This document shows, in pieces, positions 21,137 to 29,830 of a DNA stretch of 64,000 nt. A model generated the notes under the pieces. The model did no database searches and was not told the DNA's origin. It saw only the letters and a program-made list of their open reading frames with translations. Both the position numbers and the translations under genes were made by a program. Source of the stretch: Candidatus Acetothermia bacterium (GTDB lineage: Bacteria > Bipolaricaulota > Bipolaricaulia > RBG-16-55-9); assembly GCA_016201405.1 (NCBI GenBank), contig JACQCZ010000017.1, forward strand, positions 89,227 through 153,226. Direction: 5' to 3'. Numbering within the stretch: the first letter of the stretch is position 1; every line of letters starts with the position of its first letter.

Positions 21137-21570
21137 TTCCGCTCTTTCACTGTCATGGGGACGCCAGCCTGAAATTCGCTATCTCCCGTCTTGTAGTGCT
21201 CCTCTTTCCAGATGGGAACGCGCTTCTTTAGCTCGTCAATGCCATAGCGGGCCGCCTCGAATGCCTCAGCACGATGCTTGGAGCGCACCACAACGTAAAC
21301 ACTCGGCTCGCCCAATTCGAGCCTGCCAATCCGATGTTGAAGTCTGCACTGCTTTACAGGAAATTTCTCCAAAATCTCCAGCTCAAGCTCTTTGAGGACA
21401 TTCTCAGCAATCTCGATATGGGCGTCGTATGTAATCGCTTCCACAGCCTTTCCTTCATTTTCATTACGCACGATCCCGGAGAAGATGACAAGACCTCCAC
21501 AGCTTGGATCTTCAGTCTCTGACAAGAGTCTGTTCAAATCCATCGGCTTCTTTGCAATCCAGCACCCCAT
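21133..21570 (-). CDS. moaE: Molybdopterin synthase catalytic subunit
   Basis: FSGIVRN, HRIG, HRAEAF and KKRVPIWKEE motifs. Confidence 0.93.
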   Translation of the reverse strand: MGCWIAKKPMDLNRLLSETEDPSCGGLVIFSGIVRNENEGKAVEAITYDAHIEIAENVLKELELEILEKFPVKQCRLQHRIGRLELGEPSVYVVVRSKHRAEAFEAARYGIDELKKRVPIWKEEHYKTGDSEFQAGVPMTVKERK

Positions 21571-21572
21571 CT

Positions 21573-21821
21573 TTACCCCCCACTCACAGGCGGCAGGAGC
21601 GCAATCTCGTTGCCATCTTGGATCTGCGAATTGCTTGGAACAATCTGGTTGTCCACAGCAAAGACCACGGATTGCAGATGCGGCATCAGCTCTGGAGTTC
21701 TTTCGATCAAATATTCGGAGAGCTTTTGGAGATTGAGAATTTGTGCCGGAAGATTGAGGGAAATATCTCTTGAGCCGACCACTCGTTGAAGTCCGCCATA
21801 AAAGACGACACGAACCTGCAC
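21573..21821 (-). CDS. moaD: Molybdopterin synthase sulfur carrier
   Basis: Ubiquitin-like, C-terminal PPVSGG. Confidence 0.93.
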   Translation of the reverse strand: MQVRVVFYGGLQRVVGSRDISLNLPAQILNLQKLSEYLIERTPELMPHLQSVVFAVDNQIVPSNSQIQDGNEIALLPPVSGG

Positions 21822-21824
21822 GGC

Positions 21825-22811
21825 TTAGCCCCCCAGGCTCGACATCAGCGTCTGTGTCACTTGGCCCACTTCCCAATGATGGCCTTCGGGCTTCATGTCT
21901 GCTGCCTCCAAAAAACCTGCGCGAATAGCATCCTCATCGCCAGCTCTGATAACATCGAGCAGTTTCACATGCACGTCATAGGCCAGACAAGGACGAATCT
22001 CGCCATTGGCCGTGAGACGAAAGCGGTTGCAGGTATCGCAATATTTTTCAGAGATGGGCAGAATAAAGCCGATCATCCCTTTGGCGCCAGGCACTTTCCA
22101 GTAACGCGCCGGGCCATTGCCGCGCCCCGGTTTGGCAGGCACAAGACCGAATTTTTCAATCAGCTCATTACGGATTTCAGAGAGGTTGGCGAAGCCTCCC
22201 AGATGTGTGAGGTCGGCTCCCTCTCCGATTGGCATCAATTCCAAAAACCGCACCACAAACTCATTGTTCATGGTGAGATCGAGCCAATCTTCCACCTCGT
22301 CTTCGTTGAAATTCTTTAATACAAGCGTATTAATTTTGATGGGCTTTAAGCCAACTTCGGTCGCGCGCCTCAGCCCTGCCCATACAGTCTCCAAGAGCCC
22401 AAAGCGTGTGATTCTTGTAAAGCGGTCGGGTCTTAATGAATCTAAGCTCACATTAATCCAGTCCAAGCCACTAGTGGCAAGCTCCTCAGCCAGCCGCTCC
22501 AGAAGGAGGCCGTTGGTGGTGAGCGAAAGCTCTTTCAAGTCCGTCTCATTGCGAAGCATTTTGATGAGAACAGGCAGATCGCGTCTGACGAGCGGCTCTC
22601 CACCGGTGAGCCTGGCGCGGTCGATTCCTAGGCGATTGGCGATTTGGACCGTGTGGACGATCTCTTCAAAGCTGAGGATCTCCTCTTTCTTATGAAACTG
22701 AAGGCCATGGAGAGGCATACAATAATGACAGCGCAGATTGCAGCGGTCTGTCACCGAGATTCGCAGGTAATTGACCCTGCGTCCGTAGCGATCCTTCAGG
22801 AATTCCATCAT
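21825..22811 (-). CDS. moaA: GTP 3',8-cyclase
   Basis: CNLRCHYC radical-SAM motif, CDTCNR...C and C-terminal LGG. Confidence 0.96.
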   Translation of the reverse strand: MMEFLKDRYGRRVNYLRISVTDRCNLRCHYCMPLHGLQFHKKEEILSFEEIVHTVQIANRLGIDRARLTGGEPLVRRDLPVLIKMLRNETDLKELSLTTNGLLLERLAEELATSGLDWINVSLDSLRPDRFTRITRFGLLETVWAGLRRATEVGLKPIKINTLVLKNFNEDEVEDWLDLTMNNEFVVRFLELMPIGEGADLTHLGGFANLSEIRNELIEKFGLVPAKPGRGNGPARYWKVPGAKGMIGFILPISEKYCDTCNRFRLTANGEIRPCLAYDVHVKLLDVIRAGDEDAIRAGFLEAADMKPEGHHWEVGQVTQTLMSSLGG

Positions 22812-23455
22812 TGAGAATTATCAGACATATTGTGTCCACTTTCAATAGCGTTGAGCAGCCGCTGAAGCTCATCGGGTCTATTCACGTCTGTGAAGTTCTC
22901 TCGAATCCCCCATCGTTGCCAGACTGAAGGAGTGAGGGTCGCAATCCCCTCTGGGTTTTTTTCGATCCAGCGATAGAGAGAGAGCTCACCACTCTCAAAA
23001 GCATCTTTTAGCTCTGAGTAGAGCGATTTATGATAAAGAGCGCAAGTCACTTGCAGATTCTCTTTATCAATGGGAATGAGCGCTCTGGGCTGAGGTTGCA
23101 GCCCTTGAAGATATTCTTGCATCTTCGACAAAAAATCGCTTGTCAATAATGGAAAATCTACCGCAAGCAACAGACCATAATCACCGCTCATCGCCTGCAA
23201 TCCACCGATCAGCGCCCCCAGCGGGCCTGAGTTTGGATTCTCATCGATGAGAAAGCGATGCTCTGATCCCAAGAGCTCTATTATTTTTTGTTGATCTTCG
23301 CTTTTTGCGACTAGAATGAGTACTTCAGCAGCAACTTTTGTCGCGGCCTGAAAGGTTCTTTCGATGAGAGGCTGCCCCTGAAGTTTAAGAAATCGCTTGT
23401 CTTGCCCCATGCGCTGGGACTCTCCGCCTGCCAGAATGAGTGCTGAGACACGCAT
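22808..23455 (-). CDS. mobA: Molybdenum cofactor guanylyltransferase
   Basis: ILAGGESQRMGQDK, GPLGAL and AVDFP motifs. Confidence 0.85.
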   Translation of the reverse strand: MRVSALILAGGESQRMGQDKRFLKLQGQPLIERTFQAATKVAAEVLILVAKSEDQQKIIELLGSEHRFLIDENPNSGPLGALIGGLQAMSGDYGLLLAVDFPLLTSDFLSKMQEYLQGLQPQPRALIPIDKENLQVTCALYHKSLYSELKDAFESGELSLYRWIEKNPEGIATLTPSVWQRWGIRENFTDVNRPDELQRLLNAIESGHNMSDNSQ

Positions 23456-23458
23456 CGA

Positions 23459-24061
23459 TCAGCCTGCTCTTAGCTTCGGATTCCAAGGATATTCAATATA
23501 GCGTGCCGTTTCTGCAGCGGCCCTCTTCCCCAAAATCTTGGATACGACATAGAATGACATATCGATCCCAGCCGAGACGCCTGCCGATAAGATAATCTTT
23601 CCGTTGTCTACCACGCGCTCTTTATCCAGGACCTTAGCATCGGGAGCGAGCTCTTTGAGCATATCTAGTGCCATAAAATGAGTTGTCGCTTTTAAGCCTT
23701 TGAGCAGCCCTGCCTCGGCCAAGACCAATGCTCCCGTGCAGACAGAGAGCAGATATTCACAACTCTCTGATTTCTCGCGTATCCAGTTTAGAACGTTCTC
23801 ATTCTGTAGAAGCTTCCGCGTTCCGAATCCCCCAGGCACAACAATGATATCGGGCTCGGGGCATTGATCAATCAGATAACGCGGGTTGATGCTGAGAAGA
23901 TTTCTGGCCAGCACGGGCTTTGGTCTCTCTGCGACTGTGTAGACGTTGAAAGGCTCTAAATTATCACGTTTGCCAGTTACGGAAAAGACTTCAAATGGAC
24001 CGCAAAAATCAAGAACCTCAACCTCGTCAAAGATGAGAATGGCCACATTACGACTCTTCAT
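23459..24061 (-). CDS. DJ-1/PfpI family protein
   Basis: EVLDFCGPFEVF, SVCTGA and SAGVSAGID motifs. Confidence 0.9.
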   Translation of the reverse strand: MKSRNVAILIFDEVEVLDFCGPFEVFSVTGKRDNLEPFNVYTVAERPKPVLARNLLSINPRYLIDQCPEPDIIVVPGGFGTRKLLQNENVLNWIREKSESCEYLLSVCTGALVLAEAGLLKGLKATTHFMALDMLKELAPDAKVLDKERVVDNGKIILSAGVSAGIDMSFYVVSKILGKRAAAETARYIEYPWNPKLRAG

Positions 24062-24690
24062 CCCAAGCTCCTTTTATCAAAGTCTCTTTTGATCAGCTCA
24101 TACTCTTCTGGTGTGTCCATATCCCACTGGGTCACTTCTTCTCCAGATTCTAGAAGAATCTTTTCGGAATCTGCCCAGTGAGTTTTGACCAGACTCATCG
24201 CACTCGTCTCGCCCTGCAGCTTCATTACTTCTGGCCAAAGCTCACGGGGAAATAAAACTGGATGCCCCTTTTCGTCGTTCAGAACTGGAAACGTCAATTT
24301 ACCCAGCTTAGCAAATTGCTCAATGACTCGATTGATAAGCGCACTTGTCATGAGGGGCATATCTCCAGGGAGGAAGAGCGCACCCAAAGCATTGCTTGGC
24401 ATCTTTTTGATGGCTGTTCGAACAGAAGAAGCCCTTCCGGTCGGCCAATTCGGATTCTCGATCACACTCAGTTTTGAATGACGCCCAAGCTCTTCCAATG
24501 CTCGAATGATCTTTGGTCTCTCAAATCCAGTGATCAAAAAGATGCTCTCAAGCTGAGACTCAAGCATCGCTCTGGTCGTGTGATAAATTACAGCATGCCC
24601 GCAGAGAGGCATCAAAAGCTTGTTTCCGATCTCAAAACGGCTGCTATCTCCGGCGGCCAAAACTACACCGGGAATCTTATCGCTCATCAT
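24058..24690 (-). CDS. mocA: Molybdenum cofactor cytidylyltransferase, MocA-like
   Basis: LAAGDSSRF..NKLL, GDMP, GHPVLF and DMDTPEEY motifs; adjacent to xdhC. Confidence 0.8.
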   Translation of the reverse strand: MMSDKIPGVVLAAGDSSRFEIGNKLLMPLCGHAVIYHTTRAMLESQLESIFLITGFERPKIIRALEELGRHSKLSVIENPNWPTGRASSVRTAIKKMPSNALGALFLPGDMPLMTSALINRVIEQFAKLGKLTFPVLNDEKGHPVLFPRELWPEVMKLQGETSAMSLVKTHWADSEKILLESGEEVTQWDMDTPEEYELIKRDFDKRSLG

Positions 24691-25801
24691 GGATTGGAGA
24701 ATTTCGCTCGCGTAAAAAGCCGCCGAGCCGCCCATTCTGGTAGGCCAGAATCTCGCTGAGGATGCTGAGTGCAATCTCTTCAGGGGTCTCTGCGCCGAGG
24801 TCAAGCCCAATTGGGGCATGCAATCTTGCTAATGTTTTTTTACTTGGCTTGCCTATCTCTTTCTCGATCTCGGCCAGCAACTCTTCCGTCCGTGATCGCG
24901 GACCAATTTGCCCAATGTACTGCACATCACTTTTGATGACATTCTTCAAAATCTCAAGATCATAGAGATAGTTGTGCGTCATAATAACAACAAACATTCT
25001 GGAATCGAGTGAAACTTTGTCTGGGAATTCTGTAGGATGGGCATAGATGAGCTTCTCGATATCAGGAAATCTTTCTCTTCTTAAATATTCCGCACGGTGA
25101 TCGACAACTGTGACTTGGAACCCCAATTGGAGCGCCATCTGGGCGAGCGGCTGGGCATCAAAACCGGCTCCAAAGATGACAAGTCTTTCTGACGGCTCTA
25201 TTCTCTCAGCATAGATTCGGATCTTCTCTTTCCCAAGAGAGAGTGACTTTGTAAAGGTTCTCGTTTTTTCGGGAAACTTTTCTAGCTCTGCAAAGATGGC
25301 TTCATCCCATTTTGATGGGTCTGAAGTCATGCCAACAAGTTTTTCTGGAATAAAGAGCCAGTGCTTCCCAGTCGACAAGTCGGTTGACTGACTCTCGATT
25401 GCCACAGCGAGAGTGCAAGAGACTTCATTCTGCAGCAATCCAAGCAGCGATGAATAAAGATGAGTTTCTGATTTTTTTTGTACGACAGGTTCAATAAAAA
25501 CCTCAATGGTGCCCCGGCAACCTAGACCCGTGCCGGCGATGATGTCCATCTCTTCTCTCGTATCAAAGTGAAGAAGGTTTGATTTACCCGATGCGATAAC
25601 TCTCTTTGCGGTGGAGATGACCTCGTCTTCAAGACAGCCTGCGCTAACAGCACCAAACTTCTCTGACTTGGTAACAAGAAGACGAGCGCCTGGTTTGCGA
25701 TAGGTCGAGCCGCTGGTGGCAACGACGGTCGCCAACGCGATGGGAGTCTTGGGCTGAAGAAGCGAATCTAATCGTGCGAAGATTTGGTGCTTCTCATACA
25801 T
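24677..25801 (-). CDS. xdhC: XdhC/CoxI family Moco chaperone
   Basis: GSTYRKPGA, GCLE, FGAG, MTHN and PIGLDLGAETPEEIA motifs. Confidence 0.9.
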   Translation of the reverse strand: MYEKHQIFARLDSLLQPKTPIALATVVATSGSTYRKPGARLLVTKSEKFGAVSAGCLEDEVISTAKRVIASGKSNLLHFDTREEMDIIAGTGLGCRGTIEVFIEPVVQKKSETHLYSSLLGLLQNEVSCTLAVAIESQSTDLSTGKHWLFIPEKLVGMTSDPSKWDEAIFAELEKFPEKTRTFTKSLSLGKEKIRIYAERIEPSERLVIFGAGFDAQPLAQMALQLGFQVTVVDHRAEYLRRERFPDIEKLIYAHPTEFPDKVSLDSRMFVVIMTHNYLYDLEILKNVIKSDVQYIGQIGPRSRTEELLAEIEKEIGKPSKKTLARLHAPIGLDLGAETPEEIALSILSEILAYQNGRLGGFLRERNSPIHDER

Positions 25802-26840
25802 TACTGCCCATTGTAGCGAGTTCTGTGAGCGCTCGCTTTAGATAGACTGGAGCCATCCGCTTGCGATAGAAGAGATGAAAGTCAGTATTGTCAAGCGGAC
25901 GGGCAGGATTAAAGACAGATTGAGATGCAGCTTCAATCTGATTCTCTGTCAGCCTCTTCCCAGTCAGAATATTCTGAGCCTCTGCCATCTCAAAGGGACA
26001 GGAGCCAATACCACCCAGAACTACTTTTGCATGTTCCACTGTGCCATCCTTTGCCTGCTTCAGTGCCACGGCAACTCCAAGCACAGGGAAATCAAACGAC
26101 TCACGCCGTCGCAGCTTCCAATAGGTGCTCTTGATGCCGTCCGATGGCGGCAATTGAATCTCAGTGAGGATCTCATCATGAGCTTTGCTGAGATAGAACA
26201 TGCCATCGTCGTTGTACAAGTCTTTTACTGAAATGACACGCTCACCTTTGCTGCCGATGAGCTTTAGTTTTGCGCCAAGTGCAATTAACATCGGTGCGCT
26301 ATCGGTCGATGAGACGGCCCAGCAGCGTGAGCTTCCTGGTGCCACCCGGCATGGGACTCCACTCTGGTTGAGCTTTGAGTCTTGCAGAACGGGCCAGCCC
26401 TTGCCGCTTGGAGCCTTCATACACCATCCAATCGCTTGTCGCCAGTGATGAGTCTGATCGTAATAATTGCACCTCGTATCGAGACAGAGATTGCCGCCAA
26501 TCGTGCCCATGTTTCGTAGTATCGGTGTCGATACGGCTCCTGCTGCTTTGGCAAGTCCTGCATAGCTCTCCTGAACAACAGAGTGACTACTGACCTCCGT
26601 AAGAGTCGCACTTGCGCCCAGTGTGAGCCCAGATTTTGCACTGCCCGAAATCCTATCCAGATCATCAATTTTGCGCAGTCCGATGAGTGTCTTGGGAAGG
26701 AACTGGCGGCGCTTCATCTTCGGGTAGATATCGGTTCCGCCAGCTACAATCATGGCCGCAGGTCCTTGATCTGCCAGAATCTTGCAGGCATCATTGATGT
26801 TTTGAGGGGTAAGGTATTGAAACTTAGGGAGTCGTAGCAT
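25794..26840 (-). CDS. Mo-hydroxylase FAD subunit, HcrB-like with Fe-S insertion
   Basis: AGGTD and RNMGTIGGN motifs; Cys-rich insert RCNYY...WCMK...CRV...RCWA. Confidence 0.85.
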   Translation of the reverse strand: MLRLPKFQYLTPQNINDACKILADQGPAAMIVAGGTDIYPKMKRRQFLPKTLIGLRKIDDLDRISGSAKSGLTLGASATLTEVSSHSVVQESYAGLAKAAGAVSTPILRNMGTIGGNLCLDTRCNYYDQTHHWRQAIGWCMKAPSGKGWPVLQDSKLNQSGVPCRVAPGSSRCWAVSSTDSAPMLIALGAKLKLIGSKGERVISVKDLYNDDGMFYLSKAHDEILTEIQLPPSDGIKSTYWKLRRRESFDFPVLGVAVALKQAKDGTVEHAKVVLGGIGSCPFEMAEAQNILTGKRLTENQIEAASQSVFNPARPLDNTDFHLFYRKRMAPVYLKRALTELATMGSNV

Positions 26841-26843
26841 GAT

Positions 26844-29228
26844 CTATCTTTTCCACTCGGCCGGAACTTCCACTTTGACGGGCTCCGGAAAGTTGTAGCT
26901 GGGGATGCCCTTGGGGCCGACTCGCGGCGGATTACCCTTCTTCTTCTCTTCCAGAGCTTTGAGGACCTTTTCTGGAGTGATCGGAATCTCGTCAATGTGG
27001 ATTCCCAGCGCATTATAGACGGCATTGGCCACGGCAGGAATGACCGGGCTGAGTGGGCCTTGCCCTGCTTCCTTGGCACCAAACGGGCCATTTGGCTCAT
27101 CGGTCTCGACCAGAATTGTCTCAACCGGAGGCATCTCTTTGAAAGTGAGGCTCTTATAGTCCAGAAGCGATGGAATTTTGTGCAAATTTTTCCTGAAATC
27201 TTGTTCTTCCATCAAGACCTCGCCAAGCCCCATATAGACGCTGCCTTCGACTTGGCCAATGACCGAGAGAGGATTGAGTGCCCGGCCAATGTCATGCGCG
27301 ATCCAGATCTTTTCCACCTTGACCTCGCCCGTCTCTGCATCACAATCAACTTCTGCCACACAGGTCGAAAAGCTGTAAGCGGGTGATGGCCCAACGCCCG
27401 AGCCTTTGTACTGGCCTATTTTGGGGGCGGGCTTGTAGCTCCCTACGGCGCCTATGGGTCCAAATTTGGCTTCAGCCAATTGTGCTGCATCTTTGAATGA
27501 AAGCTTGTTTTCAGGGTTTTCTTTATCAAAAATGACTCGGTCTCGTGCTTCTAATTTCTCAATGGAGACATCCATCTCTTCGGCTGCCGCCTCGAAGATC
27601 GGCTCTCGCACTTTCATTGCGGCATCGATCGCTGCGTGCCCCATCATCATGGTCACGCGGCTTGAATAGGTCCCCAGATCGATCGGCGTCAGATCCGTAT
27701 CTGCAGTCACAAGGCTGACATCCGTTTGGTAGAGTCCGAGGACTTCTGCTACCAGTGAGGCCAGCACGGTGTTTGAGCCCTGGCCAATATCAATCGCTCC
27801 TGAAAATGCCGTCACCAAGCCAGAGCGGTCGACCTGAATCTGGACTTCAGACTGAGGCAGCTCGTTCCAGTAAATAGGAAGCCCAGCGCCGCAAATATAA
27901 GTGCTGAGCGCAAAGCCGATTCCTTTGCCTTTGGGAAGCTTTCCAAATTTTGTCTTCCAGCCTGATGCCTTGAGTACTTCCTCGGTGCACTCTTTTGAGC
28001 CATTGCTGTTGATCTTGAGCCAGTTGACCGTGACATGGTTTGGTCCGGTCATGTTCTTCTGCCGGATAGCGATGGGGTCGAGCTTCAGATCCTCGGCCAG
28101 TCTGTCGAGCTGGCGCTCGATCGCAAATCGCGGCTGTGGAGTGCCGTGAGCTCGCTTTGGTCCGCAGGCAGGTTTATTGGTGAAAGCCCGAATCGCCTGG
28201 AATCTGTAATTGGGAATTTTGTATGTGACGGTTTGTAATGCTCCTGTGTAATATATGCTCGCGGGCCCGTATGAGCCATAGGCGCCGCCGTCAAGAAAAG
28301 ACTTGAAGTGCATTGCGGTGATTTTCCCATCTTTCGTCACACCCGTTTTGACCCACATCAGAACCGGGTGGCGCCCACGATGGGCATAGAAGACCTCTTC
28401 ACGGGTCAGCGTGATCTTGATGGGTCTGCCAATCAGCATACTCAGCTTGCAGGCGCAGATTTCGTGTGAGAAGGGATCATCTTTGCCGCCAAAGCCGCCG
28501 CCAACAGGAGCAGCGACCACCCGAATCTTGTGATCCGGAAGCTCTAAGACTTTGGCCAACGCCCGATGCACATAGTGAGGGGTCTGTGTTGCGCTCCAAA
28601 TCGTCATCTTCTCCTCTGATGGATTCCAGGATGCAACGGCAGAGTGCTGTTCCATGGGAAGGTGCGTATTTCCCTGATAGAAATAGACATCTTCTCGGAT
28701 GTGATCGGCCTCTCCAAACCCGCCATCCACATCTCCAAAATCGATCGAGACAATTTTGTGAAGATTGCCCTCCGGCCCATAGTCATGAATGCGAGGCTCT
28801 TTGATATTGATCGCATCTTCAAGCGACATGACGGCCTTGAGTGGCTCATATTGGACGTCAATGAGCAAGAGAGCCTCTTCGGCAGTCTCTTCATCCAGCG
28901 CTGCAACCGCAACAACGGGCTCGCCGACATAGCGAACTCTGTCCAATGCCAATGCATGCTCGTCCTGGCTGGTCGGCATGATTCCGAATTGTATTGGAAG
29001 ATCTCTTCCAGTAATCACTCCCAAAACGCCAGGCAGCTTTTCGGCTCTGCTCACATCGATCTTTTTGATGAGCGCGTGGGGGTGAATGCTGGGAAGAATT
29101 TTCCCATAGACCATGCGGGGCAGACGAAGATCATCGGCATATTTGGTGCGACCAGTGCATTTATCTCCGGCATCCACTCGTGGCAAGGACTTTCCAATGA
29201 CTGAGAATTCGCTCTTTGCTTTGGCCAC
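26844..29228 (-). CDS. Mo-hydroxylase molybdopterin subunit (xanthine oxidase family, HcrA-like)
   Basis: VGGGFGGK, RAHGTPQ, DIGQGS, GQVEG and GAKEAGQG motifs. Confidence 0.9.
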   Translation of the reverse strand: MAKAKSEFSVIGKSLPRVDAGDKCTGRTKYADDLRLPRMVYGKILPSIHPHALIKKIDVSRAEKLPGVLGVITGRDLPIQFGIMPTSQDEHALALDRVRYVGEPVVAVAALDEETAEEALLLIDVQYEPLKAVMSLEDAINIKEPRIHDYGPEGNLHKIVSIDFGDVDGGFGEADHIREDVYFYQGNTHLPMEQHSAVASWNPSEEKMTIWSATQTPHYVHRALAKVLELPDHKIRVVAAPVGGGFGGKDDPFSHEICACKLSMLIGRPIKITLTREEVFYAHRGRHPVLMWVKTGVTKDGKITAMHFKSFLDGGAYGSYGPASIYYTGALQTVTYKIPNYRFQAIRAFTNKPACGPKRAHGTPQPRFAIERQLDRLAEDLKLDPIAIRQKNMTGPNHVTVNWLKINSNGSKECTEEVLKASGWKTKFGKLPKGKGIGFALSTYICGAGLPIYWNELPQSEVQIQVDRSGLVTAFSGAIDIGQGSNTVLASLVAEVLGLYQTDVSLVTADTDLTPIDLGTYSSRVTMMMGHAAIDAAMKVREPIFEAAAEEMDVSIEKLEARDRVIFDKENPENKLSFKDAAQLAEAKFGPIGAVGSYKPAPKIGQYKGSGVGPSPAYSFSTCVAEVDCDAETGEVKVEKIWIAHDIGRALNPLSVIGQVEGSVYMGLGEVLMEEQDFRKNLHKIPSLLDYKSLTFKEMPPVETILVETDEPNGPFGAKEAGQGPLSPVIPAVANAVYNALGIHIDEIPITPEKVLKALEEKKKGNPPRVGPKGIPSYNFPEPVKVEVPAEWKR

Positions 29229-29232
29229 GCTC

Positions 29233-29721
29233 TTACTCCTTTGAAGCGCCCAGCCGGGAGGCTGTCAATTCGACGGCTTCAATAATCTTCCAGTAGCCAG
29301 TGCAGCGGCAGAGATTTCCAGAGAGCGCCTCTTTGATCTCATCTTGGCTTGGATTCTTATTCTCATCAAGCAATGCTTTGGAGCTCAGCAGCATTCCCGG
29401 AGTGCAGTAGCCACACTGAGCCGCTTGCAGCTCGATAAATGCCTGCTGAATGGGGTGAAGCTTTCCGTTCTGCTCAAGTCCTTCAATGGTGGTGATCTTC
29501 TGCCCCTGGATCTCAACTCCTAATGTGAGGCATGAAAGAATGGGCTGGTCATTGATCAGCACTGTGCAGGTCCCACACTCACCCACTTCACAGCCGTGCT
29601 TCGTTCCGGTCAGGTCTAAATCTTCACGCAGAATCTCTAATAGGGTCTTGTTGACTGTAACAGCAACCTCATAACGCTCGCCATTGATTTGAAGAGTGAT
29701 CAGAGTTTTTTGAGATTCCAA
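29233..29721 (-). CDS. Mo-hydroxylase 2x[2Fe-2S] subunit (HcrC/CoxS-like)
   Basis: GCEVGECGTC, QCGYCTPG and NLCRCTGY motifs; TTG start chosen by RBS (the ORF could extend to 29775). Confidence 0.92.
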   Translation of the reverse strand: MESQKTLITLQINGERYEVAVTVNKTLLEILREDLDLTGTKHGCEVGECGTCTVLINDQPILSCLTLGVEIQGQKITTIEGLEQNGKLHPIQQAFIELQAAQCGYCTPGMLLSSKALLDENKNPSQDEIKEALSGNLCRCTGYWKIIEAVELTASRLGASKE

Positions 29722-29830
29722 CAGGCCCCCCTTAGTCTTCGCTGTGCCGACCGCACCAGTATAGAACATAATCAAGGAGCCTTACAAGAATCTTGGGGGT
29801 GAGACTCTGTCAGACTATTTTTCGATCTAC

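Noticed and set aside
21571-21876. Long N-terminal extension of moaE
   Set aside because: Overlaps moaD in another frame; the real start is 21570.
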